From Bugula neritina (taxonomy: Eukaryota; Animalia; Bryozoa): DNA of 64,000 nucleotides. This document shows, piece after piece, positions 13,010 to 24,103 of this stretch (position 1 is the stretch's first letter; every line of letters starts with the position of its first letter). Made by a program: the position numbers and the translations under genes. The notes beneath the pieces are model-generated. The model was given only the letters and a program-made list of their open reading frames with translations. It was not told where the DNA came from and ran no database searches. The stretch covers positions 11,660,480 to 11,724,479 of the forward strand of contig OZ037771.1 in assembly GCA_964035545.1 (NCBI GenBank), in the 5' to 3' direction.

Positions 13010-13960
13010 ATGGCAGAAGACGGCACAGAGCTACCCATTCCACTGAATGAAGGTGAGAGAGATAATGTTGATATACCTGTGGAACCAGTGGTGTTAGAAG
13101 AAGAAGTGAGAATTCCTAGAGAGCATGGTGAAGACAGATACCGGCTGAAGGCGCCCACCTTCACAGGCGAAGAAGCAGTGGAACAGTTTATCCAAGAATT
13201 CCAAGATGTGATGGAGATTGCACAGTGGCCGCCAAGGGTGGCGTTGCTCAAGCTCAGGATGGCGCTGACCGACAAGGCTAAGCCGTACGGAGCGGGACCT
13301 GACATAGACGGAATCTTTGCTTCTCTGCGGGCCCGCTTTGGCATCTCCCCCATAGATGCGCGGGCCCGCCTACAAAGGCTGCGGCGTGATCCTCACACGT
13401 CGCTACAAGAGCACGCTGCCACGGTGTACCCACTAGCGCAGATCGCGTTCAGCGATCTGCCTCCGGTACACCGTGAGAGGTATACTTATGATGCCTTCGT
13501 GCAGTCCATTAACGACTTGGGGCTCCACCATCAATTCCAAGCGAGGGGAGTCACCACGGTCGAAGATGCACTTGCGGTGGGAGAAGCCTACCTCATGGCG
13601 ACTCATACGCACCGCAACCGCGTGGCCTCCCGCCAGGTGGCCACGGAGCACACTACTGCTCATACCGAACCAAACGTGGAACCCTCCGCGGTGGCTAATG
13701 TGAACCAGATGTCACTAGCATCAAAAGTCGCACAGATGACTGACATGCTAGATAAACTGGTCGCCACATTAGCTCCCCCAAGCCAGGTAGATACCGCCCA
13801 TGAGCCTTGCGGGCCGCAGGTACAATCACCAGGCATGGGGCACAACTTCTGCTGGGGATGCGGAAGGCCAGGACATTTCCAGAGGAACTGCCCTCAACTC
13901 CAACAAGGGTTAAACTACCACGGCCCGCAGATGTTCCCACCTCCTGCGGGCCGTCTGTAA
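13010..13960 (+). CDS. gag: Gag of element A (capsid-like region and CCHC zinc knuckle), intact
   Basis: Open 316-codon frame; APTFTG..VEQFIQEF..AQWP capsid-type motif; knuckle CWGCGRPGHFQRNC. Confidence 0.9.
   Translation: MAEDGTELPIPLNEGERDNVDIPVEPVVLEEEVRIPREHGEDRYRLKAPTFTGEEAVEQFIQEFQDVMEIAQWPPRVALLKLRMALTDKAKPYGAGPDIDGIFASLRARFGISPIDARARLQRLRRDPHTSLQEHAATVYPLAQIAFSDLPPVHRERYTYDAFVQSINDLGLHHQFQARGVTTVEDALAVGEAYLMATHTHRNRVASRQVATEHTTAHTEPNVEPSAVANVNQMSLASKVAQMTDMLDKLVATLAPPSQVDTAHEPCGPQVQSPGMGHNFCWGCGRPGHFQRNCPQLQQGLNYHGPQMFPPPAGRL
13909..13953 (+). promoter_or_regulatory. Putative -1 programmed ribosomal frameshift signal (G_UUA_AAC plus 10-bp hairpin)
   Basis: GTTAAAC at 13909-13915 is in the gag frame, followed by a 5-nt spacer and the stem cggcccgcag/ctgcgggccg. 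The -1 frame is the protease ORF. Equivalent signals are at 27151 and 30031. Confidence 0.75.
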
Positions 13961-14922
13961 ATCACCCAGGGAGGCCCGCGCGTCTGCCGCCCCGCTGGGC
14001 GCCGCGCGGAGATGCTGTGAAGTGGCGACCCCCGCGGCAAGTAGGCTCAAGCCACTCGCCGCCTGGGTCCTCTACACCACTCCAACACCAACACGGATCC
14101 GGCAGACGGTTGACCTCAGAGCCTGCGAGGGAAACGGTACAGGCGCCGCAAGGCGTACCGCCCCAACCTCGGCAGCTGGTCAATAGTCGTCGCCAAACGT
14201 GGACCCCTCGACCCACAGCGAGGGAGGTGCAACCACGGCACACACAGCTGCAGCCACACGGAAGTAGCTACTTCCTGCCAGGAAAGCTAGCCGGCAAGCC
14301 TGCCAACTTCCTCCTGGACTCAGGCTGCACCACCAACCTCCTTAGTCGTCAGTTCTTTGACACCCTCAGCGCTAAGATCAAGGACGGGTTGGCACCGTAT
14401 GAGGGGGATCATGGCACCCTGGCAGACGGGTCGTGCATTCCCTTCTACGGCATTATTGAGCTGACTGGTTACGTCCGTAACCAGGCCATCCGAGAGACGT
14501 TTATCGTCGGGCAGCTCAACGAGGACGCTATCCTCGGGATGCCATTCTTACAACGACACGGATGTCGCATCGATTTCAGTAAATCTGCGATGATCATGGG
14601 CGACAGGGAGCTCGCTTGTGTCGATAAGTTTGGTCGTCCTCTAGCGGGAGCAGTGCAGGTAGTACGGAGCTGTACTATACCAGGCCACTCCCAGGCTACC
14701 GTCCGCTGCAAGATAGATGGTGGCCAAACCTCTAAGTTGGGAGTTGTCGAAAATACGCACTCGAGAGTCCAACTTGCCCATAGCTTTAGCCGGCTTACGG
14801 GGCAAGAAGAGATCTCAGTGCAGTGTGTCAACCCCTCCTCAGAGACAGTAGACCTACCACCCAGGTCCATGCTGGGCCGCTTCCATCCTGTTCAGGAGGA
14901 AGCCATTGGGCCGTCGTCGTGA
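13909..14922 (+). CDS. pro: Retropepsin aspartic protease region of element A (-1 frame relative to gag)
   Basis: Active-site motif FLLDSGCTTN and DAILGMPFL motif. Confidence 0.88.
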   Translation, partial: VKLPRPADVPTSCGPSVNHPGRPARLPPRWAPRGDAVKWRPPRQVGSSHSPPGSSTPLQHQHGSGRRLTSEPARETVQAPQGVPPQPRQLVNSRRQTWTPRPTAREVQPRHTQLQPHGSSYFLPGKLAGKPANFLLDSGCTTNLLSRQFFDTLSAKIKDGLAPYEGDHGTLADGSCIPFYGIIELTGYVRNQAIRETFIVGQLNEDAILGMPFLQRHGCRIDFSKSAMIMGDRELACVDKFGRPLAGAVQVVRSCTIPGHSQATVRCKIDGGQTSKLGVVENTHSRVQLAHSFSRLTGQEEISVQCVNPSSETVDLPPRSMLGRFHPVQEEAIGPSS

Positions 14923-16254
14923 GCTACGACGGAAGGTCCTCAGCAGAGCCCGTCTCAAGGGCGGAGGACCGTCCCAACCCACGCCTCCCATCCTCCAGGG
15001 ACGCGTGGCTATACAGGCAACGGAAAGCGCCAGGCTATGGCTAGGTTGCCACATGGGTACAGTGAGGCGTCCCGCCACACAGACCACGACGCCCGCCTAA
15101 ATAGAGCAGGCTGTCGTGAGGTACCACGGGCGGCGAAGACCGCCCCTGCTCAGCAACTCCAACAGAGGGCTGACACGCCCCCGGAGGCTGTCCAGAGCCT
15201 CCGCGCCAAACCTGTATGGGCTGGTAACGTTAGGGAGCTGCCGAAGCTCCAGGAAAGCCTTCCTGGGGTGGTAGCCGACGTGTACCGAGCGAAACAGGAA
15301 GGGCGACGAGCCAGTAGTAAACAACGGCGACAGGGATGCGCCGAGTTACGGCTGTACTGTCAACGTTGGAACTCTCTGCGGGTCGGGCCAGATAGTCTGC
15401 TGACCATGACCTTGGCCGCCAACAGCAGACAGCCAGCCAGGAAGAGGGTCGTCTGCCCAGCTGCCATCCGCCGGGAGTTGATACAAGACACCCACGAGAA
15501 GACTCAAGGAGGAGTCCAAGGGGTGGTCACCAAGCTACAACTCCGGTGGTACCGGCCCAACATGGAGCGGGATATCCGGCGCAGAGTGAGACGGTGCAAA
15601 GTCTGCCAGACCAACAAGCATAGCCGTCTCCCTGGTGAAGCGGGGCGGCAGACGCATTGTGCGAGAAGGTCTTGGCAAGCGGAGACTGTCGTCCTGGCCG
15701 GAAACACCTCCATGACACCTCAGGAAGACTTGGCGAGGCGAGAAAGGCCACTTCCGTCCTTGAAAGTGCGCCCACCGCCCCCAACGTCAAGCCTGCCATC
15801 ACCACCACTTCCGGAACCGGAAACGGGTCCGGAAGTGCAAAAACCCCCCGTGGGAGGGGCTCCGCAAGGAGATACCAACGTAGGAACAACCGTCACAAAC
15901 AGGCTGGAAAAACCACCCGTGAGACATAACAATCCACGGGTGAGCACACCGCCTCCCACAGTGACGACGCCTCCAGAACCACACACTAGGCAACTTCCAG
16001 CGTGTCTCAGAGACTGTGTACGTGACCGCGGTATAAGCGGCAGTAACGAAAGTCTAGAAAGGCCTCGCATGGGAAAACAGGCAAAGAGACGTGGGAGTTG
16101 TGAACACCACGGAAATCTCAACTTTTGCCTCGGCGGAATCTCACACGAGATTCATCCGCTGGAAGTGAAGAGCCCTAGTCACGTTTCACAACCACGCTGT
16201 CCGGTCTTTTCCTACGTTGATGCAGTCAAGAGTAGACGTGCCACTAAACAGTAA
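14923..16254 (+). pseudogene. Internally deleted pol remnant of element A (integrase zinc-binding region only), in frame with the protease after a single TGA
   Basis: Alignment to B shows junctions at about 15160 (RT and RNase H lost) and about 15720 (integrase core lost). It retains DTH...WYRPNMERDI..VRRCKVCQ. Confidence 0.8.
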
Positions 16255-16277
16255 TCATTTACCGCTCTCATTCCAAA

Positions 16278-17335
16278 ATGTCTTACTATTCTGGATCGAA
16301 GGGTGAGTGAATTATGTTTTTGGTACGATAACTAGACTGCATCAGTCAGCTTTAGCTACATTAGCTAGCGAGCTGGAGATTCGATAATGATAAACAGTGG
16401 TGGGAATACACGTCGACTTTGATTTTAAATAATCTGCCATAGCGAGTGTGTTCTCCATCAACTATTCATTAGCCTGAATCTCACGAGTGTAACTGAACAG
16501 AGTACCGGTCAGGCTGTACACGCCGACGGTACCTCAGTGTATAATCTTTAACACTGCTACTCTTTCAGATCACACTCGAGTGACCACCTTCCGGTCACGG
16601 GACCAGCCAACCTCTCTGCCTATGGAAGAGGAACCTGTAATGGAAAATGGCATACCCGTGGTGCTTCGTCGACGACACCGCTGGGTGTCACCCACGACGG
16701 AAAGGAGAATTGAGGAAGCCTGGGGACCCAGCGGACCCCACCGAACCTGCCAGGTCTGCTTCGAGGAGTGCCCGTCACACCGCTCCCTGTGTCTACATGT
16801 AGACGCCCATTTTCTACTCCACTTCTGCCCATGCGGGTTCCACGACGTATACCCGTATCCCGTGACAGTCCATAAGCTGAGCTGCTTCGCCGGAGAGAAC
16901 CATACTGTTGATGAGGATAGTTTCCCCCAATACCTGGATGCCATCAAGCCAGTCATCAGGAAGGCTATCACCCTGGCTGCACTAGCGTCAGGGTTCCAAG
17001 TACTGCTGTTATCCGCCCGCCATAAGTCCCCTATGGTTCAGGGCCTGTCTCCTACCCCCGTCAACCCTAGCAACACCCCCAAATTAGAAGGAATAACAAT
17101 ACCTCCTCTAACAGAGACTACTACAACCCCGCCAAGGCCTAGCCAGCTGGCTAATGTAGAAGAGCGGCTTGTAAGACTACAGGCCGAGTTCACACAACTT
17201 GCCCCTGACTTGCTGGATACGACGACAGGTCTATACCAGTTGAAGGACTCAGTGGGGCGACTGAAGAGGCGGCTACGTGCCCGACAGGCTCGACACAGAG
17301 CACGCTCGCTACAAGAGTCAGAGTCCACCCAATGA
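16278..17335 (+). CDS. Element A accessory gene: spliced tandem zinc-finger and coiled-coil protein (about 263 aa); exons 16278-16302 and 16569-17335
   Basis: aaaATG...AAGG|GTGAGT donor and tttaac..tctttcAG acceptor give an in-frame phase-1 join. Fingers: CQVC-x12-H-x3-H and CPC-x12-H-x3-C. Heptad-rich C-terminus. Confidence 0.8.
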
Positions 17336-18742
17336 GTATGCCTGGGGTAGGCACCTTTCGTAGAGCTGTATTTCGTCTGGAAAGTGACGAGTGCTCCGAC
17401 ATTGGCCCGCGTGCTGGTAAGCACCCTCTCTCTTTATAGCTGACTGGATGTGTGTGTTCGATCACCCTGTTTACTTCTGTATATAAATGTTGTCGTGCTC
17501 AACTATTTCTCTTCTTCCTTTTTGTGGGTTTACTTATGTATGTTTTCTTTTTTTGGATTATTGTATAGTTTTTCTTTATGTGTTTTTTTTGTATTGTGTT
17601 ATCAGAAAGTAGGGCTTTCTGCTGGGGGGGGGGCGGTGTAGTGAGTCATGCAAACTACAAATACGGGAATCGCCCTCTCTCTATTCTGGGAATACTAAGA
17701 CCCTTATGTAGCAACCAATTAGCAGCACCGGAAGGTATGCTTCCGACTCACGTGACACTTCCCGGGGTATTAACAATTTATCACGTTGTTGTAAGCGGAG
17801 GCTTGAAGTGAAAGCATGTGTTAGTAGTTGACTGATGTATAGGATGATTTGATGTGATGTTTACTTTATGCTTTATTGTGGATGATAAATATAATTACTC
17901 GACAGCTACCCTAGTAATTGCTAGCAGAATAACCAACTAACTATACGCAAGTAGATAACTCACGCGCAGTAATTGCACAAATTACTACAGTATATGCACT
18001 TTCACACTATGACTATATTTTTCTGACTGAAAAGCTAATACAATGTTCCTTTCACAAAACTTGAAGAAACAATTTGTGTGAAGGACAAAAAGGCAAAACT
18101 GTTCAGTGTTCAACAGCTTAGTGGAAGAAGGTCATTTCTTCTGAAATAATATCATGGCTATATCACAGTGTAATACAATCTACTGTAGTCCATATATTAC
18201 AGTATAATATTAAAATATATTACATAAGGTTATACTATATATTCGAGAATATTACAATGCATCTATTACAGCAGTATATTATTATTACAATGTATAGCAC
18301 TATCTCACAGTGTATTACAATATATTACAGTGTTTTACCGTGTAATATGATAATATAATATTGCAGTGTACTATAATTATAGATATTGCAATTTATATTG
18401 CAGTACTATCTCGCAATGTTTTACAGTGTATTGTAATGGGGCGTGGTTTACGCGTCACGCGTACCCCCCTGCCAATCACAGAGAGTGATTGGCAACTATT
18501 GTATTAAGCCAAGCAGAACAATTATTAGTTAATTAACGTGTACTTGCAGTGATGTAAAGTAGCAATCGTGGTGATACTTATAGAGATTTTTACATTATAT
18601 TATTACAGTTTATATTAAAGTTTACAAATGAAACTACCGGTGAATTGCTTGTGACTAAAGGCCAATAACTCACTAGAAGCCTACATAATCATTGTGCATC
18701 GCACAACAGTGGTGGCAGCGGTGGGATTATTCTAGCTGGGAC

Positions 18743-21700
18743 AATGAAAAGACGGAGAACATGACAGAACACACCACAAAACACCCGGGAGGTAAGCCAG
18801 CCAATTTCTTGCATATGGAGGAGGTGTATAGAGATAAACTGACCGCTCCCACCTTCACGGGTGTAGAAGATGTAGAGCAATTCATTGAGGAATTCCACGA
18901 TGTAGCAAACGTCGCTTAATGGCCGCCACAAGTAGCCCTCGTCAAGCTGCGGGAAGTATTGACGGAGCGCGCTAGACCGTTCGGACAAGGACGGAGCGTG
19001 GCGGAGATATTCACTACACTACGGAGCCGTTTTAGCACCTCCGCTCTAGAAGCCAGGGCCCGTCTACAAGTGCTACGCCAGGCGGAAGACACTCCGCTCC
19101 GCGACCACGTTGCCTTAGTGAAAAGACTGGCATGGAGCGCGTACAGCGACCTGCCAAAAGCACACCGACGGAACTTTACTCTCATTGACTTCATGCAGTC
19201 CCTAAAAGATGTTGGTCTCTGCCATCAACTACAGGCAAAGGGAGTGACCACTCTAGAAAATGCCCTACAAGTCGGGGAAGACTACCTCCGGGCCGAGCAG
19301 TTATATACAGGGAAAACAGAAGGCGCACAAGTCACCGAGGAGATAGCGCAATCACTCGGGGAGAAGATGGGCCGGCTGAGCGCCAGACTGAAGCAGATGG
19401 CAAAGACCCTTACCAATGCCGGCCCCCCTAACCGAGAACAAAAAGGAGAGACCTCGGAGAAGACTACCCGGAGTAGGAAAAATAACAAGCCAGGGCCTCC
19501 TCACTCCGGAGACCCTCAACCCAGAAAGAGGCCCCACGGGCAGAAGAGAGAGCAAACACGGGATGTACCCCGTGAATGGCAGATACCACGACGGACCATC
19601 CGCCCTATCGGGCGACAGGAACCGTTCGTGCTACCAATCACCAACCGCTTCAGCCAGCTACTGGAGACGGAGCTGGCCGGCGAGGTCCCTCGGGACATCG
19701 GAGGGGGATTAAACACCCCTCCGCCGAAGAAGCGGCGCCAGCAGACCACCAAACGGACACCACGCCGTTTGACCGAGGCTACGCATGCTGGGGAAGTAAG
19801 GTTGCAACGGCATGGAGAAAGCTACTTCCTGCCCGGGAAGGTAGCCGGCAAGGCCGTCACGTTCTTGCTAGACTCCGGTTGCAACACGAATCTCCTCAGC
19901 AGACGAGTCTTCGATGCCCTCCCTGCCCAGGTGAGGAAGGGGCTAGCTCCCTACACTGGGGAACCTGGCACCCTTGCAGACGGGTCGCGTATCCCCTTCT
20001 ACGGTGTTGTAGAGCTGCCTGCCCGCGTCCGCGACCAGGCCATCCAGAAAACCTTTATCCTCAGCCAGCTGGAAGAGGACGCTATCCTGGGGACGTCGTT
20101 CTTGAAGCGACACTAGTGCCACATGGACTTCCATAAGTCCGCCATACTAATGGCCGGCCGGGAGCTTTCCTGTGTCGACAAGTTCGGTCGCCCCCTGGTC
20201 GGGGGTGTGCAGGTGGTCCGTAACTGTACGGTACCCGGCCGCTCCCGGGCGACCATTCACTGCAGAGTGAATGACCGTCAACTCTCTGGACTAGGGGTCG
20301 TTGAAGGAACGCACAAGAGAATCCAACTCGCCAGCAGCTTGAACCGGCTGACTGACCGAGGGGAGATCTTGGTGCAGTGTGTCAACCCCTTTTCATAGTC
20401 GGTGACACTACCGTCTGGATCCCTATTGGGCCGTTTTCACGCGGTCCAAGAGGGAGACATAAGACCGTCGCTGGGCGAAGCGACGGAGGGTCCCCAAGAG
20501 CGCCCGTCTGTACGGTGGGGGACCGTCCCGGAACACGTCCAAGAACTATGCCAGTCAGCCTGTGAAGGCTGTGCGGGCAACAAGGAGCGCCAAGCTATGG
20601 CCCAGTTGCTGCGCCAGTATGGGGACGTGTTCAGCAGCGGAGACCAGGACGTGGGCCTGACTAGAGCCGTCCGTCATGAGATACCGCTAGCTGCCGGGAC
20701 TCTGCCTATCCGCCAACCCACCAGGAGACTGGAGCCAGAGAAAGAGAAGGAGGTCAGCCGACAAGTCTGGGATCTTTTGGACCGCGGCCTCATAGAGCCT
20801 GCACATAGTGCGTGGAGCTCGCCGGTCGTTCTGGTCTGGAAGAAAGACGGCAGTTGGCGGTTCTGTGTGGATTACCGCAAGCTTAATAGCGTAACCATAC
20901 AGGACGCCTACCCTCTACCTCGGATCGACGAATCTCTGGACGCCTTAACCGGCAGCAAGTACTTCAGTACTTTAGACTTGCTGAGTGGCTACTGGCAAGT
21001 CCCCCTCAGTCCCGACGCCCAGGAGAAAGCGGCGTTCATCACCAGAGACGAGTTGTGGAAGTGGAAGGTACTGCCCTTCAGGTTAACTTCTGCTCCCGCT
21101 ACCTTCCAGCGGCTCATGGAACAGTTTCTCAGCGGCCTCCACTGGAAGACATTGCTCGTCTACCTCGATGATGTCATCGTGATCTCCCCAGACTTCACGA
21201 CCCAAGTCAGTCGTTTGCGGGAGGTCTTCGAGCGACTCCGGTGTGCCGATCTCAAGCTCAAACCTTCCAAATGCGCTCTTTTGCAGCCGGAGGTGAAGTA
21301 CCTGGGGCACGTAGTCGGCCGTAATGGCGTGGCGACGGACCCCGATAAGGTGCGGGCTGTGACCGACTGGGTCACCCCCCAGGAGTTGACCGGACTCCGG
21401 GCTTTCCTGGGGCTGGTAGGGTATTACAGACAATACATACCAGACTTTGCGGGGGTTGCACAGCCGTTAAATCGGCTCACCGCAAAGGGAGTGACCTGGC
21501 AGTGGACGTCCGTCGAACAAAGGGCATTTGACAGTCTCAAGAGCCGCTTGCTAGAGGCTCCAATTCTGGCCTACCCAGACCCCGCTCTGGCGTACGTTCT
21601 TGACACTGACGCCAGTGACCAGAACGTTGGCGCTGTGCTGTCGCAAGTGCAGGAAGGCCGTGAAGTAGTTGTAGCTTACTACAGCAAATCACTCCCACCC

Positions 21701-24073
21701 CCGGAGCGCAATTACTGCACCACTTGCAAGGAGTTACTGGCAGTAATCAAGTCAGTGAAACACTTCCGGCCTTATCTCTACGGTAGGCCGTTCCGCTTGT
21801 GAACGGACCACGCCTCTTTGATCTGGCTGTGTAAGAGAGCTGAACCGTCCAGTCAAGTCGCCGATGGATCGAAGTCCTAGCTGAATTTTCATACCGGATC
21901 GAACATCGACCCGGTAGGAAACACGGCAATGCGGACGGACTGAGTCGGCGGTCGGACGAGGGGTGCAAACAGTGTCACAACATCGAGAGAAGGGATGGGG
22001 GTCCCCCAAGATCCGAGTTGGCGACACTGGACCACCCTGGAGTGAGCTACGACTGGGACCAAGGTCAACTCAAGCCAAGGAGTCCTAACCCACCGGAGGC
22101 TGTCAATAACCTCCGCGCCAACCCTGTCTTGGCTCGTAATGTCAGAGAGCTGCAGAAACTCCAGGAGGACCTCCCTGGGGTGGTAGCCGACATATATCGA
22201 GCTAAACGGGAAGGGCGACGACCCAGCGAAAAACAGCTGCGGCAGGGGTGCGCCGAGTTACGGCTATACTGCCAATGCTGGGACTCTCTGCGGATCGAGC
22301 CAGATGGTCTGCTGACCATCACCTTGGCCGCCGATCAGGGACACCCTGGTCAAGAAAGGGTGATCTGCCCAACCGCCATGCGCCGGGAGCTAGTATGGGA
22401 CACTCACCGACAGGCTCACGCCGGAGTTCGGAGGGTGCTTACCAAGCTAAGGCTCCGGTGGTATTGGCCCAATATGGAGCGTGACGTCCGCCTAAGGATC
22501 AAACAATGCGAAATCTGCCAGGCCAGCAAGCCTGGCCGTCTTCCCAGGGAGGCGGGACGACGTAGGCTATATGCTGGTAGGCCCTGGGAGGTGGTAGCTG
22601 TTGACTTGGTCGGACCCATGCCCATCACCCCCAGAGGAAACAACTGGATTCTAGTGCTGACCGACCACTTCACTAGGTGGGCCGACGCACTGGCCATTCC
22701 AGATGCGTTTGCCCCGACAGTGGCCAGCACACTAGATCAGAGTGTATTCTGCTACTTTGGGTTGCCCGAGCAACTACACTTGGACCTGGGGTCGCAATTC
22801 CAGTGTTAACTGATAAGCGACCTCTGTCGCCTCTGGGGAGTAAACCAAAGTAGGACCACTCCATACCACCCTCAGGGTAACGGAGTGGTCGAATGCAACA
22901 ACCGGATGCTGGGCGATGCACTCCGCAGTCTACTGCTCGGCCGAGGCCAGGAGGAGTGGAATCTCGTGTTGCCGCAGGTCATGCGGGCCTACCGCAGCAC
23001 GCCACATACCAGCACTGGCGAGACCCCCAACCTCTTGACACTCGGTCGTGAGACACGAGTGCCCGACCACCTCGCCTATCATATTCCAGAGCCAGAATAC
23101 TCTGTCCACGAGTACGCTGGGGACTTGATAGAGCGTCTGAAAGTCGCACACGAAATACTGCAGGATAAGCAGTGGCAGGTGCGACAGGAAGACGCTGATG
23201 AGCCACCCCTCTACAAGACCGGAGACTGGGTCTGGATGATCAACTACCGTAGGCGTCGAGGACAGGCGGCTAAACTACAGCCTAAGTTTGTAGGACTCTA
23301 CGCGGTAGTTGAGGTGATGCCCAATCACACTTACAAGTTGGAGCGGTCTGGACAAATATCTGTCCAGAATGAAGCCCGCTTGAAACCCTATTGGGCTAGC
23401 CCAGGTGCGGCCGGGGGTGCCCCCCATTGTTAGAGCCGAGGAGGCAGAGAACAATGCGCGGGCGGCGGCGGCATAAACCCAATGATGAGTGGGTCATGTC
23501 ACGGACAGAAGACTTGGCAAGGCAAGAGGGCCACACCCTCTGCTTCCAGAGCCAAGCCGTCCGGCCCCAGGGCTACCACCACCACTTCCGGAACTAAATA
23601 TACTTCCGGAAGGGCAAAACCCCCACACGGGAGGGGCTCCGACCGGAGAGAACAGAGGGGAAGAGAGAATGACAGCCGACGGGAGGCAGGAAACACCACC
23701 AGTGGAGAATAACAACCCACTGGTGAGTACACCACCTCCCTCACCAGCTACCCCACCTTCCCCGGCGTCTTCCACTAGTACATCTCCCCCCCTTGAAAGG
23801 GGACAACGTACTAGAAGACCCCCAGCTTATGTTCAAGACTTCGTATGCGACCGCATTACAAGCGGCAGGTATGAAAGTCCAGCTGGGCGCCGTACGAAAA
23901 GACTGGCAGCAAAGCTTGGGAGTTATGAACACCACGGAAAAACCAAGTTTTGCGAAAACGGAATAGCGAATGGAATTACCACTCTCCGGGCACATAGTTC
24001 CGGTCTCGCCCAACAAACACGCTGCCCAGCCTTTTCCTAAGCCGACGCGGTCAAGAGTAGACGTGCTTTTTAA
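18743..24073 (+). pseudogene. pol: gag-pol of element B (gag, protease, RT and RNase H in one frame; then integrase), with several nonsense and frameshift lesions
   Basis: Motifs: LLDSGC (PR); DYRKLN, LDLLSGYWQ, YLDD (RT); TDASD, ELLAV (RH); H..H..CxxC, AVDLVG and a GPY/F-like PKFVGLY (IN). In-frame stops at 18917, 20114, 20396, 21800, 22807 and 24038; frameshifts at about 21865 and 23420. Confidence 0.93.
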
Positions 24074-24103
24074 TCCATCCACATCCAAGCTTGAACGTCG
24101 AGT

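Larger units (their letters stand above)
12620..17989 (+). mobile_element. Element A: structurally complete, non-autonomous Ty3/Gypsy LTR retrotransposon (5370 bp) lacking RT, RNase H and the integrase core
   Basis: LTRs 12620-12974 and 17637-17989 (TG...CA, a few substitutions and one 2-bp indel). GTAT TSD at 12616-12619 and 17990-17993. PBS 12976-12993. G-rich PPT before 17637. Confidence 0.96.
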
